A DNA stretch of 58,615 nucleotides, the filler included, from Platydemus manokwari (Eukaryota): NCBI GenBank assembly GCA_037951405.1. It is 4 parts of 4 records of this genome, joined end to end, with 100 filler letters (N's around TTAATTAATTAA, not from the genome) between each part and the next. Parts side by side here need not be neighbours in the genome. Positions count along the whole stretch, not along the records: positions 31,544 to 48,394 come from JBBMOY011139216.1; positions 48,495 to 58,615 come from JBBMOY011153771.1; 2 more parts are not named here. One strand, given 5' to 3'. Under the pieces are notes generated by a model, which was given only the letters and a program-made list of their open reading frames with translations, did no database searches and was not told where the DNA came from. The translations under genes and the position numbers were made by a program. Shown in pieces: positions 45,133 through 57,595 of this stretch (positions are counted from its first letter, which is position 1; every line of letters begins with the position of its first letter).

Positions 45133-48100
45133 AATCATTCTCGAATAATTTTAAGATGTGTATTTTGTGAAATACCTTCTCACCGAATTGATTCATTTTA
45201 AGATCTTATTTTGATATTTCTACTGGCACAAGATATTGTGTATCAACCAATGCATAAGCCAATATGGCTTAAGATTTAGTTTTCTTTAGTTTTGTAATGT
45301 AAATTTTTCATTAAATAAACGTTAGAAATTGCAATTGTCTTTAAACTATGTTTAGAAAATTAATTCATATGGACTATATAAATATTAAAATAATCAAGGT
45401 GTTCAATTTTAGTTCTACTTTTCAAAATATTATAGAAAATCTTATTTACAATCTGTCAATATAATTATAAATGTTTATCGTTTCGTTTTATATTTTTTTA
45501 TCTGATTAGTTTCTTGACCTTAATATTATTTAAATTAAAATTAATATTGAAAACATATTATAATTCAACCGCGAAACTAATTAAATTGCAGTCTCCTATT
45601 CATACAGTTTCCAACATACAACATGACTCTGAAATGTGAAATAAGTCAAAAATAATTAGAAATGGATGACTAATTATGACATTTTCAACAAAATGTTACC
45701 TATATTAGGATATTATATTACAGTACAATTTTGAACTTCTGGATAAGTCATAATAACATAATATCTATTGCACCAAATGTAATTATTGGTAAAAATTAAT
45801 TATTTTATTAAAAATTTTTAAAATCAAAAGAACAGATAATCAGATTAAATGTATAAATTTGTGGTTCTGATCTATGGTTTAAATTTTTGATCCTTCAATA
45901 TGAGAATTTCATAAATTAATCTTCAAAAAGAAGTATTTTTATTATTTTACTTTTAGTATTTTACTTTATAATAAATCATAAACGATTTTTAATAAATTAA
46001 GTTGATTAAGTTTTTTATTTCTAATGTTAATTTTTTTTATTTGAATTTTCAATTGCAATCATTGATCGTATGAATCAAGTGTTCATAAAATCATGTCGTT
46101 TAATAACGTTTTTGAAATTACTATAATTTGATATTTGCGTTTATATCACAATCAAATATAGAAATTGTCGATATTATGTAACTTTGATCCTGGATGAAAC
46201 TTAATGACCTAATGGCTTCATTTTCGTGTATGAAGTTAAAAGAAGTAATTCCATTTAATTTTTAAATTTGTATTGTAGGATCAAATTCAGTACAATTGTA
46301 AATATAAGAGTGCACTGGATTAGGAATTCATTTTACACACATTTAAATGTAACGATTATTTTATGAGTGAACTTAACTAAGGAAAACCACTTTAAGAAAA
46401 AAATTGTCGAGTTAAATTCTCTAGAATCTGTTTATATAATGAAATAAAAATATGTTAATATTCTTATGATAATAATGTTTAATATATTGCAATATAAAAC
46501 ACAATAGATAATAGATAACTAGAATTATAATACACATTTATTTATCTAAATGGCAACGATAATACAGTAGATTTTAATTAACATTTTTGCAGACACCTAT
46601 TAGTAAACAGATTTTATTATCATCTGTGTCGCCTAAAATCTCTGTATGGGGAAATGATGTTAATTAGATAGTCAAGTTAATTAAAAATTAATCAAAATAC
46701 CGTTTACACGACGTTAAGTGAAAGTGAAATCGATAACAAATATATTTTCTTGAATTAATGTTTTCAGAATAACTGAAATAATTCTTAAAATAATTGATAA
46801 ATAGATAACTTCAAGTAAAATTGAAATAATCTTCAAGCTAATATTACAACAAGAGGAGTTAAGTAGTTAAGCTAATTTGTGGACATTATAATGGTCCAAG
46901 CTTTGGTGTTTAATATTTTAGTTTCTTTGCTTTGGCCATTTTTTGTGACTTGACCTTATGCGAAGTTCTTTGTTTGTGTTTTATTCATCTTGGTTATGTC
47001 TTAAATCTCCATGGCAACGTGAATTAATAATCCTAAAAAATCGAAAATTTCTTTTTAGATTATATATATCTGAAAGTCACAAGTTGGTTCCACAGTTGGG
47101 CACAGTTGTTGCGTTCGGGCCTAGTAGTTTATTATAGTAGTCTATTATACTTTCGAATGATTTTGGATATATTGACACTATTGTCTTTATCAGTCTCAGT
47201 GAGTATCTGGTTATAGCCTGAGATTCAATTTTCCCCTGTTAAAGTTAATTTTTCACCTCTCACTTCAGTATCGTGTGATAATGATATATAGTGGCAGCAG
47301 TGGTTCTATAACTTATTATCAGTATTAATATCAAGCCTAACTCTAATACCCCGTATTAAAAAACAATGAATATTAGTTATTAGCAATTTTAGTTTATAGT
47401 AATCGATCAAATTAAACATTTATTATAAGAAAATTATCGATACAACACCAATATAAAAAGTTACAAAATGATTTTAAAATACATTACACACCAAATCCCC
47501 TGATGGGAACCTTATTAATTTCTTGTGACAAGTGGCTGTTAATAGACCCGTACTTTTGGAGTAAACCAGTTATCTCAGAAATTTGAGACAGAGCTCGACA
47601 ATATGAGTTCAACGATGGCATTAGTTGTTTATAATTATCGCTTACTTAGTCTTATAGACTTGTTGGCAAATGATCGGAAAATCGAAAAACGTATACAAAT
47701 CAACGCGATCTTCTCTAAGTAACAATTAGATATTAGAGTCAAAGCTTGTGGTTTATTACAATAGGGCACTTTCAATTGATCTTTTTCCTATTTATATTAT
47801 TGATCGTCGTGGGCGTTAATCTCTTTGATTAATCATTTCTCCAACGAATTTATTTAATTCGCTTGATATTTCTATTGTGGCATTGTTATTATTAATTCTG
47901 GAATTATTTTCATTATTTGGAAAAATATTGTTATTTTTAGATGTATTGAATATATTGTCAAATTTATATGTTGTTTTAATTCTGGTTTAATTATTATTTT
48001 GGAAAGATTTATTATTATCCAATTAATTTAAACTGTTCATTTTTCATTGTCATTGGGATAAAACATAAAATTATAAAATTGCAAGGTATTGTTATATTGA

Positions 48101-48394
48101 TTAATGTTATTTTTTTGAAACCCCAACATATATTCTGTACTTATTTATCCTCGTAACTAATAATAGTAATGCTAACCTCAAGAAACTCTGGGAAACCATT
48201 TTGCAAGACCCAATACACGGAGACTCTTACGTAAACATAAACAACAAACCAGTCATAAACAATATTACCAAAACATTATATTATCAAAGTTACTTGGGTA
48301 ACAAACTAACATCATATCTGTTAAAGATTGATGGGTGTTAATATAATAGAGATAAAATCAGATTACAAATGCACAATTTGTAAAAAGATATTGA

Positions 48395-48494
48395 NNNNNN
48401 NNNNNNNNNNNNNNNNNNNNNNNNNNNNNNNNNNNNNNTTAATTAATTAANNNNNNNNNNNNNNNNNNNNNNNNNNNNNNNNNNNNNNNNNNNN
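48395..48494. other. Artificial assembly linker (44N + TTAATTAATTAA + 44N)
   Basis: Same 100-nt structure as at 12867. Confidence 0.97.
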
Positions 48495-51446
48495 TACTAC
48501 TGTCAAATATTTATCAGTAATATCAATACTTATAAAATTATATAAATCAATAAATGAATTAGATTTTTTTTAATTTATTCCAAATGTTATTTTAAAATTA
48601 TTATGGATTTACTACTCACAAAAAATAGTTCAGTTTTATAAAATCATCAAAAACAAAATAACTCAGCACAACCAGTGCGATGTAAAACAAACACACTAGG
48701 CAATCATATGATAAGCTATACAACTCTTTATTTGTACCATACTATCCAATACGACAAGATTCCAGATTATAATAAATTTTACAATATTGCCCAACACATC
48801 ATTACACAACAGTTCATGTTGATGGGATATCCGTGTTAGGTTGTGAGATATCATAATGAATTATATAAATCGATTAAGTAAAATCATACCACATCTAATA
48901 TCTGGACAAGACTCAGATTCATATAAAGCAACACAGTTGAAGTGTAACTCTTTACCGGTCTCACCGATGGATCGTAACCACGCCTTCTCATCAAATCATC
49001 ATATAATCGTCTGGCATCTTTGGTTCCTGTCAGAACAGAAAAAGATTCATGTCAAACAAAATTCCCAACAACGCAATAAATCCAAAAAAACCTCCACTGA
49101 ACGCTATGAAACCGAACAGTAAAATTCCGCAAATCGCGATTTGCATTTTCTCCAATTTCTGACGACAGAAAATTGTTTTTATCTGCTGGCGGTAAAAAAA
49201 AAGTTTAAAAAAAATTTCCTTATTCAAAAATAACAGAAAGAATTATTCTACAAACCCGTCCTGAACAGAAATATTTCTCAGCAAATTCTGTTTTCTTCTT
49301 AAAGTGTCTGTGTGTCTGTAAATCTATTAGTGATTGAAAATAACTCTTTCCACTATTGATTTTCGGTATTTGTGGAATGATTTCTAATATTAATTTCAGA
49401 TTTCGGTTTTTTTTCCATGGGATTATTTTACCTTGGAAAATTATTAATCCATTGTAAAAAGTTGAACGTGTTTTTCAACTGAAATTTCTCCTTCTATAAA
49501 TCGTAAATAAATAAATAAATAAATAATTTTAATGTGAGGAATAATTCTGTTGATAAATGGATTTTCACAAAAAATTGTCAGTTTTTATTGATAAAATACA
49601 TTTAATTTAAAAAATAATAATTTTAAAATATATTTAACAAATTACTTATAAATAATAAGTAAATCAAATTAGTAAAAATAAATGTACATTATTCTTAAAT
49701 CATATCTTATCTTAAATTATATTTCTAATAAACATTAATGGCTTATAAAAATATATTCGTAACCATCGCGTGATAAGCGATCCAAAAATATTCTAATTTT
49801 ATATTTGTTAAAAAATCGATATTTGAAAATAACAATGTCATATTCAAATTCTACTGGTTTAACGCTGCAAATTTCAAGAAAAGAATAAAATATAATCTTA
49901 TTAAAGAGAATGAAATATTCTAAAATATCAATTAAATAAATATAAAATATAATACCGATATTAATCAGTAGATAAAATTCATTAAAAATTTCTCAAGTTG
50001 TTATTATCATTGTATAATTAACCCATCCCAACAAAGACTAATAAAAAGCTATTCAATAAACAATTATTAGTAATAATAATAATAATTATTTCCAAGGTTT
50101 AAATCTTAAGATTGCTAAAATGCACATGCACACGTATATATAAATATATATATAATTAAAATTGAAGTCTTTACAGTTACATGAAATATTTAAGGTAACG
50201 AAAATACTATCAATCGTTTAAGTCAATCTTAAATATTAATTCCCTAAAGACGCTAGTAGCACGTACATCATTAGGAAGCCAGTGCATGTTGAAAAAAATC
50301 AATAACAAAACACGACTCGTCTCTGTCGCATTTCAGATATTTATAAATGAAGCTCGGTCCTTAGTTTGCTATCAAAAGCGGCATTAATCATCTACTAAAG
50401 ATTATATTGGGAAGAAATAAAAATCAATAACCAGAGAATCAAATGATTACGTTACCTACATCTCAATATATACACCCATTCCTCCCAATATATTACATCT
50501 GCAGAGTATATCCACAACAAGTTTAATACCAACTTACTTAGCTAGATGTTTATCATGATAAAATTCATATGATATCAAAAACTAAAGTCTTTGTCACATC
50601 AATAGTACCTGCACTAGCTTGACTGCTTATAGTAAAGCTTAGGAAACCTAGTGTATTCACAAGAAAAATTTAATTTTAAGGAAATACTGACATATCTTCC
50701 GCAGTGATTGCAGGAAAAGAAAACCAATAACTGTTCTAATCACAAACATTCAATGCGGAACAGGTGTTTAATACTGCACTAATTTTATTAAAACTCCAAA
50801 ACCGAAGAACTTTTTACAGTAACTTTTATTGTAATAAATTTTTGCTATGACTTCACTTCAAATGTTTGATAGGGTTCTCAACTCAAATAAAAATTGTTAA
50901 GAAATTAACTATTGAAACAACTTGCCTTATAATTGTTATTCCTGTAAGAATTGAGATACCACAAGAACTACCGAATTCGGCATTGAATTAACTTATCTTC
51001 GACGGAAATACGAGATTCACAATACATCTAATTATATCAGATGCTATAATCCTCTGTATACATTAAGTGTAACACGATCATTAATTCATGTTCAGCGGTG
51101 GTTAATTAACTAAGCTAATACATAAAAAATTCTCAACCTACATTATTAACATAAGACACACCAAGCACCGACGTATCGTAATATACGACAAAATGAAGAT
51201 GGCAATATTCTTGGATTACCACAGGTACATTTGTTATCTTTTATAATAAATATAGAATCGAATGGATTCGATTAATGTCAAACATAGATCACGAAGTGAT
51301 ACCAGTGGTTAAAAGCAAAATAATTTAAATTATCTGAGGACTTTAAATTAATAAAGCTAATAACTGTACATGTTATATTTAAGTAGGACATGCTCGAAAG
51401 TCCACCATTTATTTATGTTAACCATATAATGAAAGTTTGAATCGAT

Positions 51447-52013
51447 TGAAGAATCCCCTCCCTAACATCAGTCTATTGAGGAATCTCCACCCCAAAATGT
51501 CAAATATTAATCAAATTTATTTATTGAGGATATTGCAAAGCAATTTGTTGCCATAGATTTGCAAACCACTTACACCAAATCGGTCTCTCCACATAAATTT
51601 TTATATGTGTGAATGTATAAATTCTCTTCGACACTCACACAAATTCTTTATTTGAGTTTTGTGCTTGTTCCAGTAAGACTCATCCTGTTGTGTATGAACT
51701 CCATTTACAAAATTAACGTAGTTCACAGAATGATTAACTGTTCTCTGAGTAAACTCGAGTCCTTGCAATTTTCAAATTTATCAGGGCAAACATGGGTGCA
51801 TGCGATTTATCTCTGAACAGAAAACATTAGAGAAAAATTGGCTTCCAGATGGTTGAACATTCCAGAAAAAACACTGGTGAATTATTACAACTTTTTTCGT
51901 GATGTGTGTACGAATTATTTCAGATCCAATCCCATTTCAATTGAAGATTGCCTTCCTCAGCATAAATCGAATGAAGAATCTCCCTCTGGACTTGTTCGAG
52001 GGAAGATTCTTCA
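51447..52013. mobile_element. Second Merlin/ISXO2-like relic, internally rearranged
   Basis: Minus strand ~51520-51770 encodes the C-terminus (TVNHSVNYVNFVNGVHTQQDESYWNKHK..FMWRDRFG). Plus strand ~51795-51945 encodes an N-terminal-type piece (ASRWLNIPEKTLVNYYNFFRDVCTNYFRSNPISI). Shares nucleotide similarity with 34086-34408. Confidence 0.8.
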
Positions 52014-53289
52014 GTTTATCCGAAAGTTCTTATGCCTTGTTAAAGTTATGAATAATTTTGTATTTTGAGGGCGTTGTGTCACAATCAATAAACCCCTCTT
52101 TTACGACTACGAGCATCCAATATTATTTTTCATCCAATATTATTATTCAATACAGGTGACGCCGATTTAAAACCTTTGTGTGAGAACAAAGAACAATGTA
52201 CAGAAAAAACATACATCATAATGATTGATGTGATAGTCGAAACTATTATAATCCTATAACCCATATGTTTTCTATTACAGTAATAAAGGTGCTATTACAA
52301 TCTATATTTACTTTATCACACAAATGAAAACTTAAGAAAAATAAATTTTCTTTATCCTTATAAAAATTTTTGTATGATATGTAAAAATTAGTTGGCTTTT
52401 TATTTATTTTCTTTTTTTATATTTCGTGATGCGTCGTATGCTCATATCTCACATTATTTACAGATGGCAGGCATTCAATGTTCATTTTACTTACTGATAA
52501 ACCAATTGAGGGCGTGAACTTTCTAAAATTCAACTCATTAAACATAACACAAAGTAGAGAATTTTATTCTGCTTTTATTATATGGCTGAATTCTTATGTA
52601 GCTTGATCGAGTGTTCTTATCAATACTCTTAGTGTTGAATAACAATGAACAATAAATAACTGATTCTAATATAAAGTGTATTAATCAATACACAACTACA
52701 AAGTCTTTACCTAAACCTGGCTTTCAACTGGCAGTTATCCTCTTCACATTGATTTTTATACTCGCGATCTATGTGTATTTTTGGCTCATGTTGTATTATA
52801 TTTTGAATTGTTGTTTGTTTTTCTGTGTTCTTATTGGGTTTTTAAGTTTTTACATGAGTGGGATTGGTCAACCCCTATATGTGTGTTTTGTGTAGTTATA
52901 CCATTTTTTCCAATTGTAATTCACCATCTAACGTCTCTGTAATTGGTTGATTGCTAAGCCTGTATGGCATTGTAGGCACGCAAATGTTCAAAGTGCCAAA
53001 ACAAGGGTTCCAAGGTGTAATTTAATTTTTATTTTTGCAGGATTTCATCTCACTCAACATTATGGTCGTTTACCATTATTACTTCAATCAGATATATTTC
53101 TAATATTATTGTGTTTTTCATCAAGTTGTCTAATATATTTATTAGCTTTTATTAGCTCCGTAGAACCGGACGATATCTTTCATATTTTATTATTTATTGA
53201 AAAGAATTTTTTAATAAAATTGATTTTACCTTGACTACATGGAGAATTTTTTCAAAATTGTTTATGGCACGAAACCCATTTTCTGCGTG

Positions 53290-53821
53290 ACAAAAACAGA
53301 TGAAATCTTTACGGTAACCATGGAAATAACCCTTAAATGGTTAATAGATACAGATTAAATAAAAGCTCGTGCTAATAGCCAATCAGATTCCCTTTAATAT
53401 CAACCTGTATTCGATTGGCACATACCAATAAATGCCAACAAATATCGATATTTGCCAATGGCACGAAATATGCAAGTAAAATCGTTAACATATCCATGTA
53501 TAAACAAATTCAACAAATGATAAACGAATCTCCGAGACATCAACCTAATGCACACAATAAATCTATAAAAGAGGTTGGATTCCCATGATCATCTGCCAGT
53601 ATTTTTGGTCGGTAACTTTCATTCTGATCTTTGAGTTTGGTGCGATTTTTCCTATAGTCAGTCATTTTTATTGTCTTCTATTCTGTATTTGACTTTCGGG
53701 TTCTGATCCCGTCTTGAGTATTAATTCACTAATATGTTGTAATACGATTTTAACTGAACCTATTAACAAGCCAAATTTGTGATTCTTGTAGTTTATATTA
53801 TAGATTTCAGATTTTATTGTT
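53290..53821 (+). repeat. LTR-like / promoter-bearing repeat, copy A
   Basis: Collinear with copy B: GAAATAACCCT, ATACAGAT, AGCCAATCAGATTC, TATAAAAGAGGTTG (53564), CTGCCAGTATT..TTGGTC.GTAACTT, TTTGACTTT. Boundaries are approximate. Confidence 0.75.
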
Positions 53822-54311
53822 ATTTAATACATAATATTTTTAATTTATTAATTTTTAAAAATAAATTTTTTATTCTAATAATAATATTTAATTTTAATTT
53901 TATATTAGAAAAATCATTTAATTTATTTTAAAATGTTCTTAAACAGTAAATTTATAGTTTTAATTTTCTAATTACATTTTATTGTTTTAATTTTAATTAA
54001 AAATTAATTAAAAAAATTCGATTTAAATTTAATTTTAAAAAACTACTCTTAAAAAATTAATAAAATTCTTAAAGTTTTTAACAAAAGACGGAACCAAGCT
54101 ATTATATTGTGCCGCCCCTCATATCCAGTCATTTGAGTCCCATAATCATGATAAGGAATCGATTGCTGATTTCAAATATATACCAAAATATTAAAATACT
54201 CAACTATTTTTTATTAAAAGTTTTAATTTTAAAACCAGCTTTTTAAAAGAAAAATATTTTTTTAAATATAATTATTTGTTTTAATAAGATTAAATAAACC
54301 ATCAATTAATA

Positions 54312-55709
54312 ATGGATGAAATAATTCAATGTGGTATTTGTTACGAGGACATCAGCATGGAAATGAATAATTTCATCGAATTTCAATGTCATCACGGTTT
54401 TTGTAGAGAATGCGTTGATACTTTATTGAATGTAATCGTCATTGATAATAATACCGATTATCATACTTCGACCTGTCCTTTAGATAGGACACCAATAACC
54501 CGAATTTACGATGGAAATCAAACGATACCCTGTCTACTTTATAAATTAGATTGCTTCACAAGAAAATACCCAGTGGCTCTACTGAAATTCGAAAATTATT
54601 CGTATGAAGTCATAAAAAGTCTTGTTTATGTTTTCTATCGTTTTCAATGCTTGGCGAATATAGATGTAAAAACATGTGAACACTGTAAAACGTTGAAAGA
54701 TAGAGAAATTAAAGACCTTAGAATAACAGAGCAGTGGTTTGAAGTTCCGGAAATGTTTCGTAACGACAAGCACATAAAAGCAATCTTAAAAATTATTTCC
54801 AAATCCGAAATGTACCTCAACAGAGAAATGCCACTGAAATATGCCAGAATTTTAAACATCAATTTAAACGAAGTGTTCTGTCAATTTTCAGAAAATTTAT
54901 CCCATTATATTGATTTTATTTCTAATGATTCTTTCAGCACATCATTAAACAAGTCGATGTTAGACGATTATTTGGAAGACAATTGTAAATATTTGAAGGG
55001 GTTAACGATTGCATATGTTAGTCAAAATCAAGCCATTTATCAATTATTAAAACCTGAATCCAAAGAAATCGATATTGATCAATGCCTTATATGTTATTCA
55101 CCTATTAATAGTGAAGCGATATTTGGTAAATTCATTGGGTGTCAACACAAAATATGCATTAGCTGCATCGATTCATACGTGATCATGCATGGCAGTTGTC
55201 CTTATGACGAAGGTGATATTTCAGAATTAACAATATCCCATAAATACGAATCAATCTCTTCATATTTTTATGATAACTTTAGGGAAACAATAACTAATTT
55301 ATTTAACCGCTTTATAGGAGAGTATATCATAATTATAAACAATTTATTAAATAAGGAGAACAATAGTTCAAGGCTGGAATTAGAAGTGGAAATAGTTAAT
55401 CTTACTTATCTTCACTTCTTTTCCTTCAATCGAAAAATTAAAATGTTGCAAATGGGTTTTAATGATTTGAAAGAAGATAAAAACCTGAATTACTTGATCA
55501 AAACGACAACTGGTATTGGTTTATGCTTGAGCACTTTTTGCGAAAATTTTAATCCGTCTGTAAACGAAGCCAAAAATTACACGTATGAAAATCAAAAGGA
55601 CGCCGTGTTAAGTCGAGAAGAAGGAGTAGATGAAGATTATTTTACAAAAGTAGATGATGCAATGAAAACTTTGGAAAACACAATGGCGAGTAAATTTGGC
55701 ACTCTGTAG
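54312..55709 (+). CDS. Intronless protein with two RING-HC (C3HC3D variant) fingers, putative E3 ubiquitin ligase, 465 aa
   Basis: RING1 CGIC..CHHGFCREC..CPLD (aa 7-58); RING2 CLIC..CQHKICISC..CPYD (from aa 258). AATAAA at 55730. Confidence 0.85.
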   Translation: MDEIIQCGICYEDISMEMNNFIEFQCHHGFCRECVDTLLNVIVIDNNTDYHTSTCPLDRTPITRIYDGNQTIPCLLYKLDCFTRKYPVALLKFENYSYEVIKSLVYVFYRFQCLANIDVKTCEHCKTLKDREIKDLRITEQWFEVPEMFRNDKHIKAILKIISKSEMYLNREMPLKYARILNINLNEVFCQFSENLSHYIDFISNDSFSTSLNKSMLDDYLEDNCKYLKGLTIAYVSQNQAIYQLLKPESKEIDIDQCLICYSPINSEAIFGKFIGCQHKICISCIDSYVIMHGSCPYDEGDISELTISHKYESISSYFYDNFRETITNLFNRFIGEYIIIINNLLNKENNSSRLELEVEIVNLTYLHFFSFNRKIKMLQMGFNDLKEDKNLNYLIKTTTGIGLCLSTFCENFNPSVNEAKNYTYENQKDAVLSREEGVDEDYFTKVDDAMKTLENTMASKFGTL

Positions 55710-56124
55710 ATATTATAAGATCTTTACCGAATAAATTTCAATTGTTTCTATTTTTATTTTCTTATCATTTTATCTTTTTTAATGGGAAATTATTTGAGAA
55801 TTCTATGTTTTTAGTATCGATTGACTTTTAGAAAATGAAACCCAATGATTGTATTTACAGACATGGCATTTGCAAATATAAATATAGCCGTATTTCATCT
55901 TTTAAATCTTTATGTATAATCATCAAAAAAGTTGATATATTCAAGAAAGTTGACACAAGACATTAAGAAATATATGCCATAGTTCCGGTATGCAACCCCC
56001 TGATAAAAAAAAGCATGCCTTTGAGAGAAATTACCAAATGAGTTCGAATAAGCCAATAATTTAATGCTGTATTTGAAGAATCTTTTTGATATTTAACATG
56101 TTTATTATTTGTGTTGGGTAAATC

Positions 56125-56627
56125 ACAAATAAATCAAAAGGCATTACAGGAACCAATGAAATAACCCTAAACGAGTCGGCACATACAGATCCGATAATCC
56201 CATGCGTCGTCAGCTAATCAGATTCGTTCTAATATTAATCCATATTTAGAAGTTAGAATCGATAGGCATATACCTACAAATGGTTGTCAAATTTCAAATA
56301 TCTGCCACCAGCATAAGAGATAATTAGAAGCAGACCGATCTACGAACGAATTCAGTAAATTGAAAACGAAGATCCGTGACATAAAGCAGACACGCTCAAT
56401 CGGCTTATAAAAGAGGTTGAGCTCCATGAATAACTGCCAGTATTGTTTGGTCAGTAACTTGTGTGTTGATCTTAACTTTGGGGGATTTCCAGCAACAAGT
56501 CTATTCAGTTGTTTCTATTCTCCTTTGACTTTTGGATACTGTTCTCACCTTGTGTGATATCATTGATTGTGAAAGAAATTTAACCGTAGTTATTGTGCAG
56601 TTAATATAATTTTCAGGTTTAATTGTT
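56125..56627 (+). repeat. LTR-like / promoter-bearing repeat, copy B
   Basis: Same orientation and motif order as copy A: GAAATAACCCT, ATACAGAT, AGCTAATCAGATTC, TATAAAAGAGGTTG (56406), CTGCCAGTATT..TTGGTC.GTAACTT. Boundaries are approximate. Confidence 0.75.
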
Positions 56628-57490
56628 GATTATCACCTCCATAGTTCCAAGGATTCCGAAATCATTGTATGCTCAAACTAAAAGACCGGAAAGACATTTT
56701 GTGGTATAGTGTGACTTCATGGATACAATTTCGATGAGGACCTTTCATAATAGGATTGAGAAATTACGATGAGAACTGCATTATCGATAATGCAATACTA
56801 TATTTGATTCTGCGTTTTGTATCTCTGTTCATTGCTAGCCTTTTTTTAAGTAAAGCAGATGAGATACAATTTGTTACACAGGAGCACTTAGACTGTTCTG
56901 CATAAACGAGAATTAAAAGTGATTTTTAATACTCGACCTACCAGTCTCAGATTTTATCTCTGAAGAGTTTGGTAAAGATCTCTCCACAATATCTACACTT
57001 TTAGGAGGGCCATTATTCCTTACCAAGCGGCTGTCACTTGATTTGTTTTGCAAATTTTATTTTATATGCCTAGCCATTGACAGTGAAAATTTTTATACGA
57101 TTTCGGGAGACATAAAACAATCTTTTTCTCATCCATATTTACATCAAAAATGTTTATAATTCTAAATTTTTCCAAAATCTTCCAATCCATTTAATCCGTG
57201 CTTTGTTATTTCCTAAATCAATCAATATGCTTAATAGTTATGTAAAATATGGATAGCTCTAGAGTATATTATCATTTGATTATTGAAAACTAGCTGTTAT
57301 TAGCTGTATCATTTGTGAAAATCATTTCATTCGATTGAAACCTATTGAATATATACAGCATAAATTATCAACTTTATACAAATCGCTTAGAGATGAATTT
57401 CTTCGAATTCGTCCAATAAAAATAACAAAAATAGTTAGAAGCACACAATCATAGATATCTACATTGGTCATGCAGCCAACAGAACTTTGA

Positions 57491-57595
57491 ATTATATATT
57501 ACTATTATATATTATCATATTATTATATATTATCATTATCATTATATATTATCATTATCATTATATATTATCATTATCATTATATTTTATCATTA
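57491..57595. repeat. Minisatellite, 19-bp unit ATTATATATTATCATTATC (three exact copies plus degenerate flanking copies)
   Basis: Exact units start at 57522, 57541 and 57560. Confidence 0.85.

Noticed and set aside
47350-47760. Possible solo LTR on the minus strand (TGTAATAAAC start, internal AATAAA); similar hints at 50830-51150 and 52070-52165
   Set aside because: No second copy, clear CA end or TSD in the window, so it cannot be supported without a repeat library.
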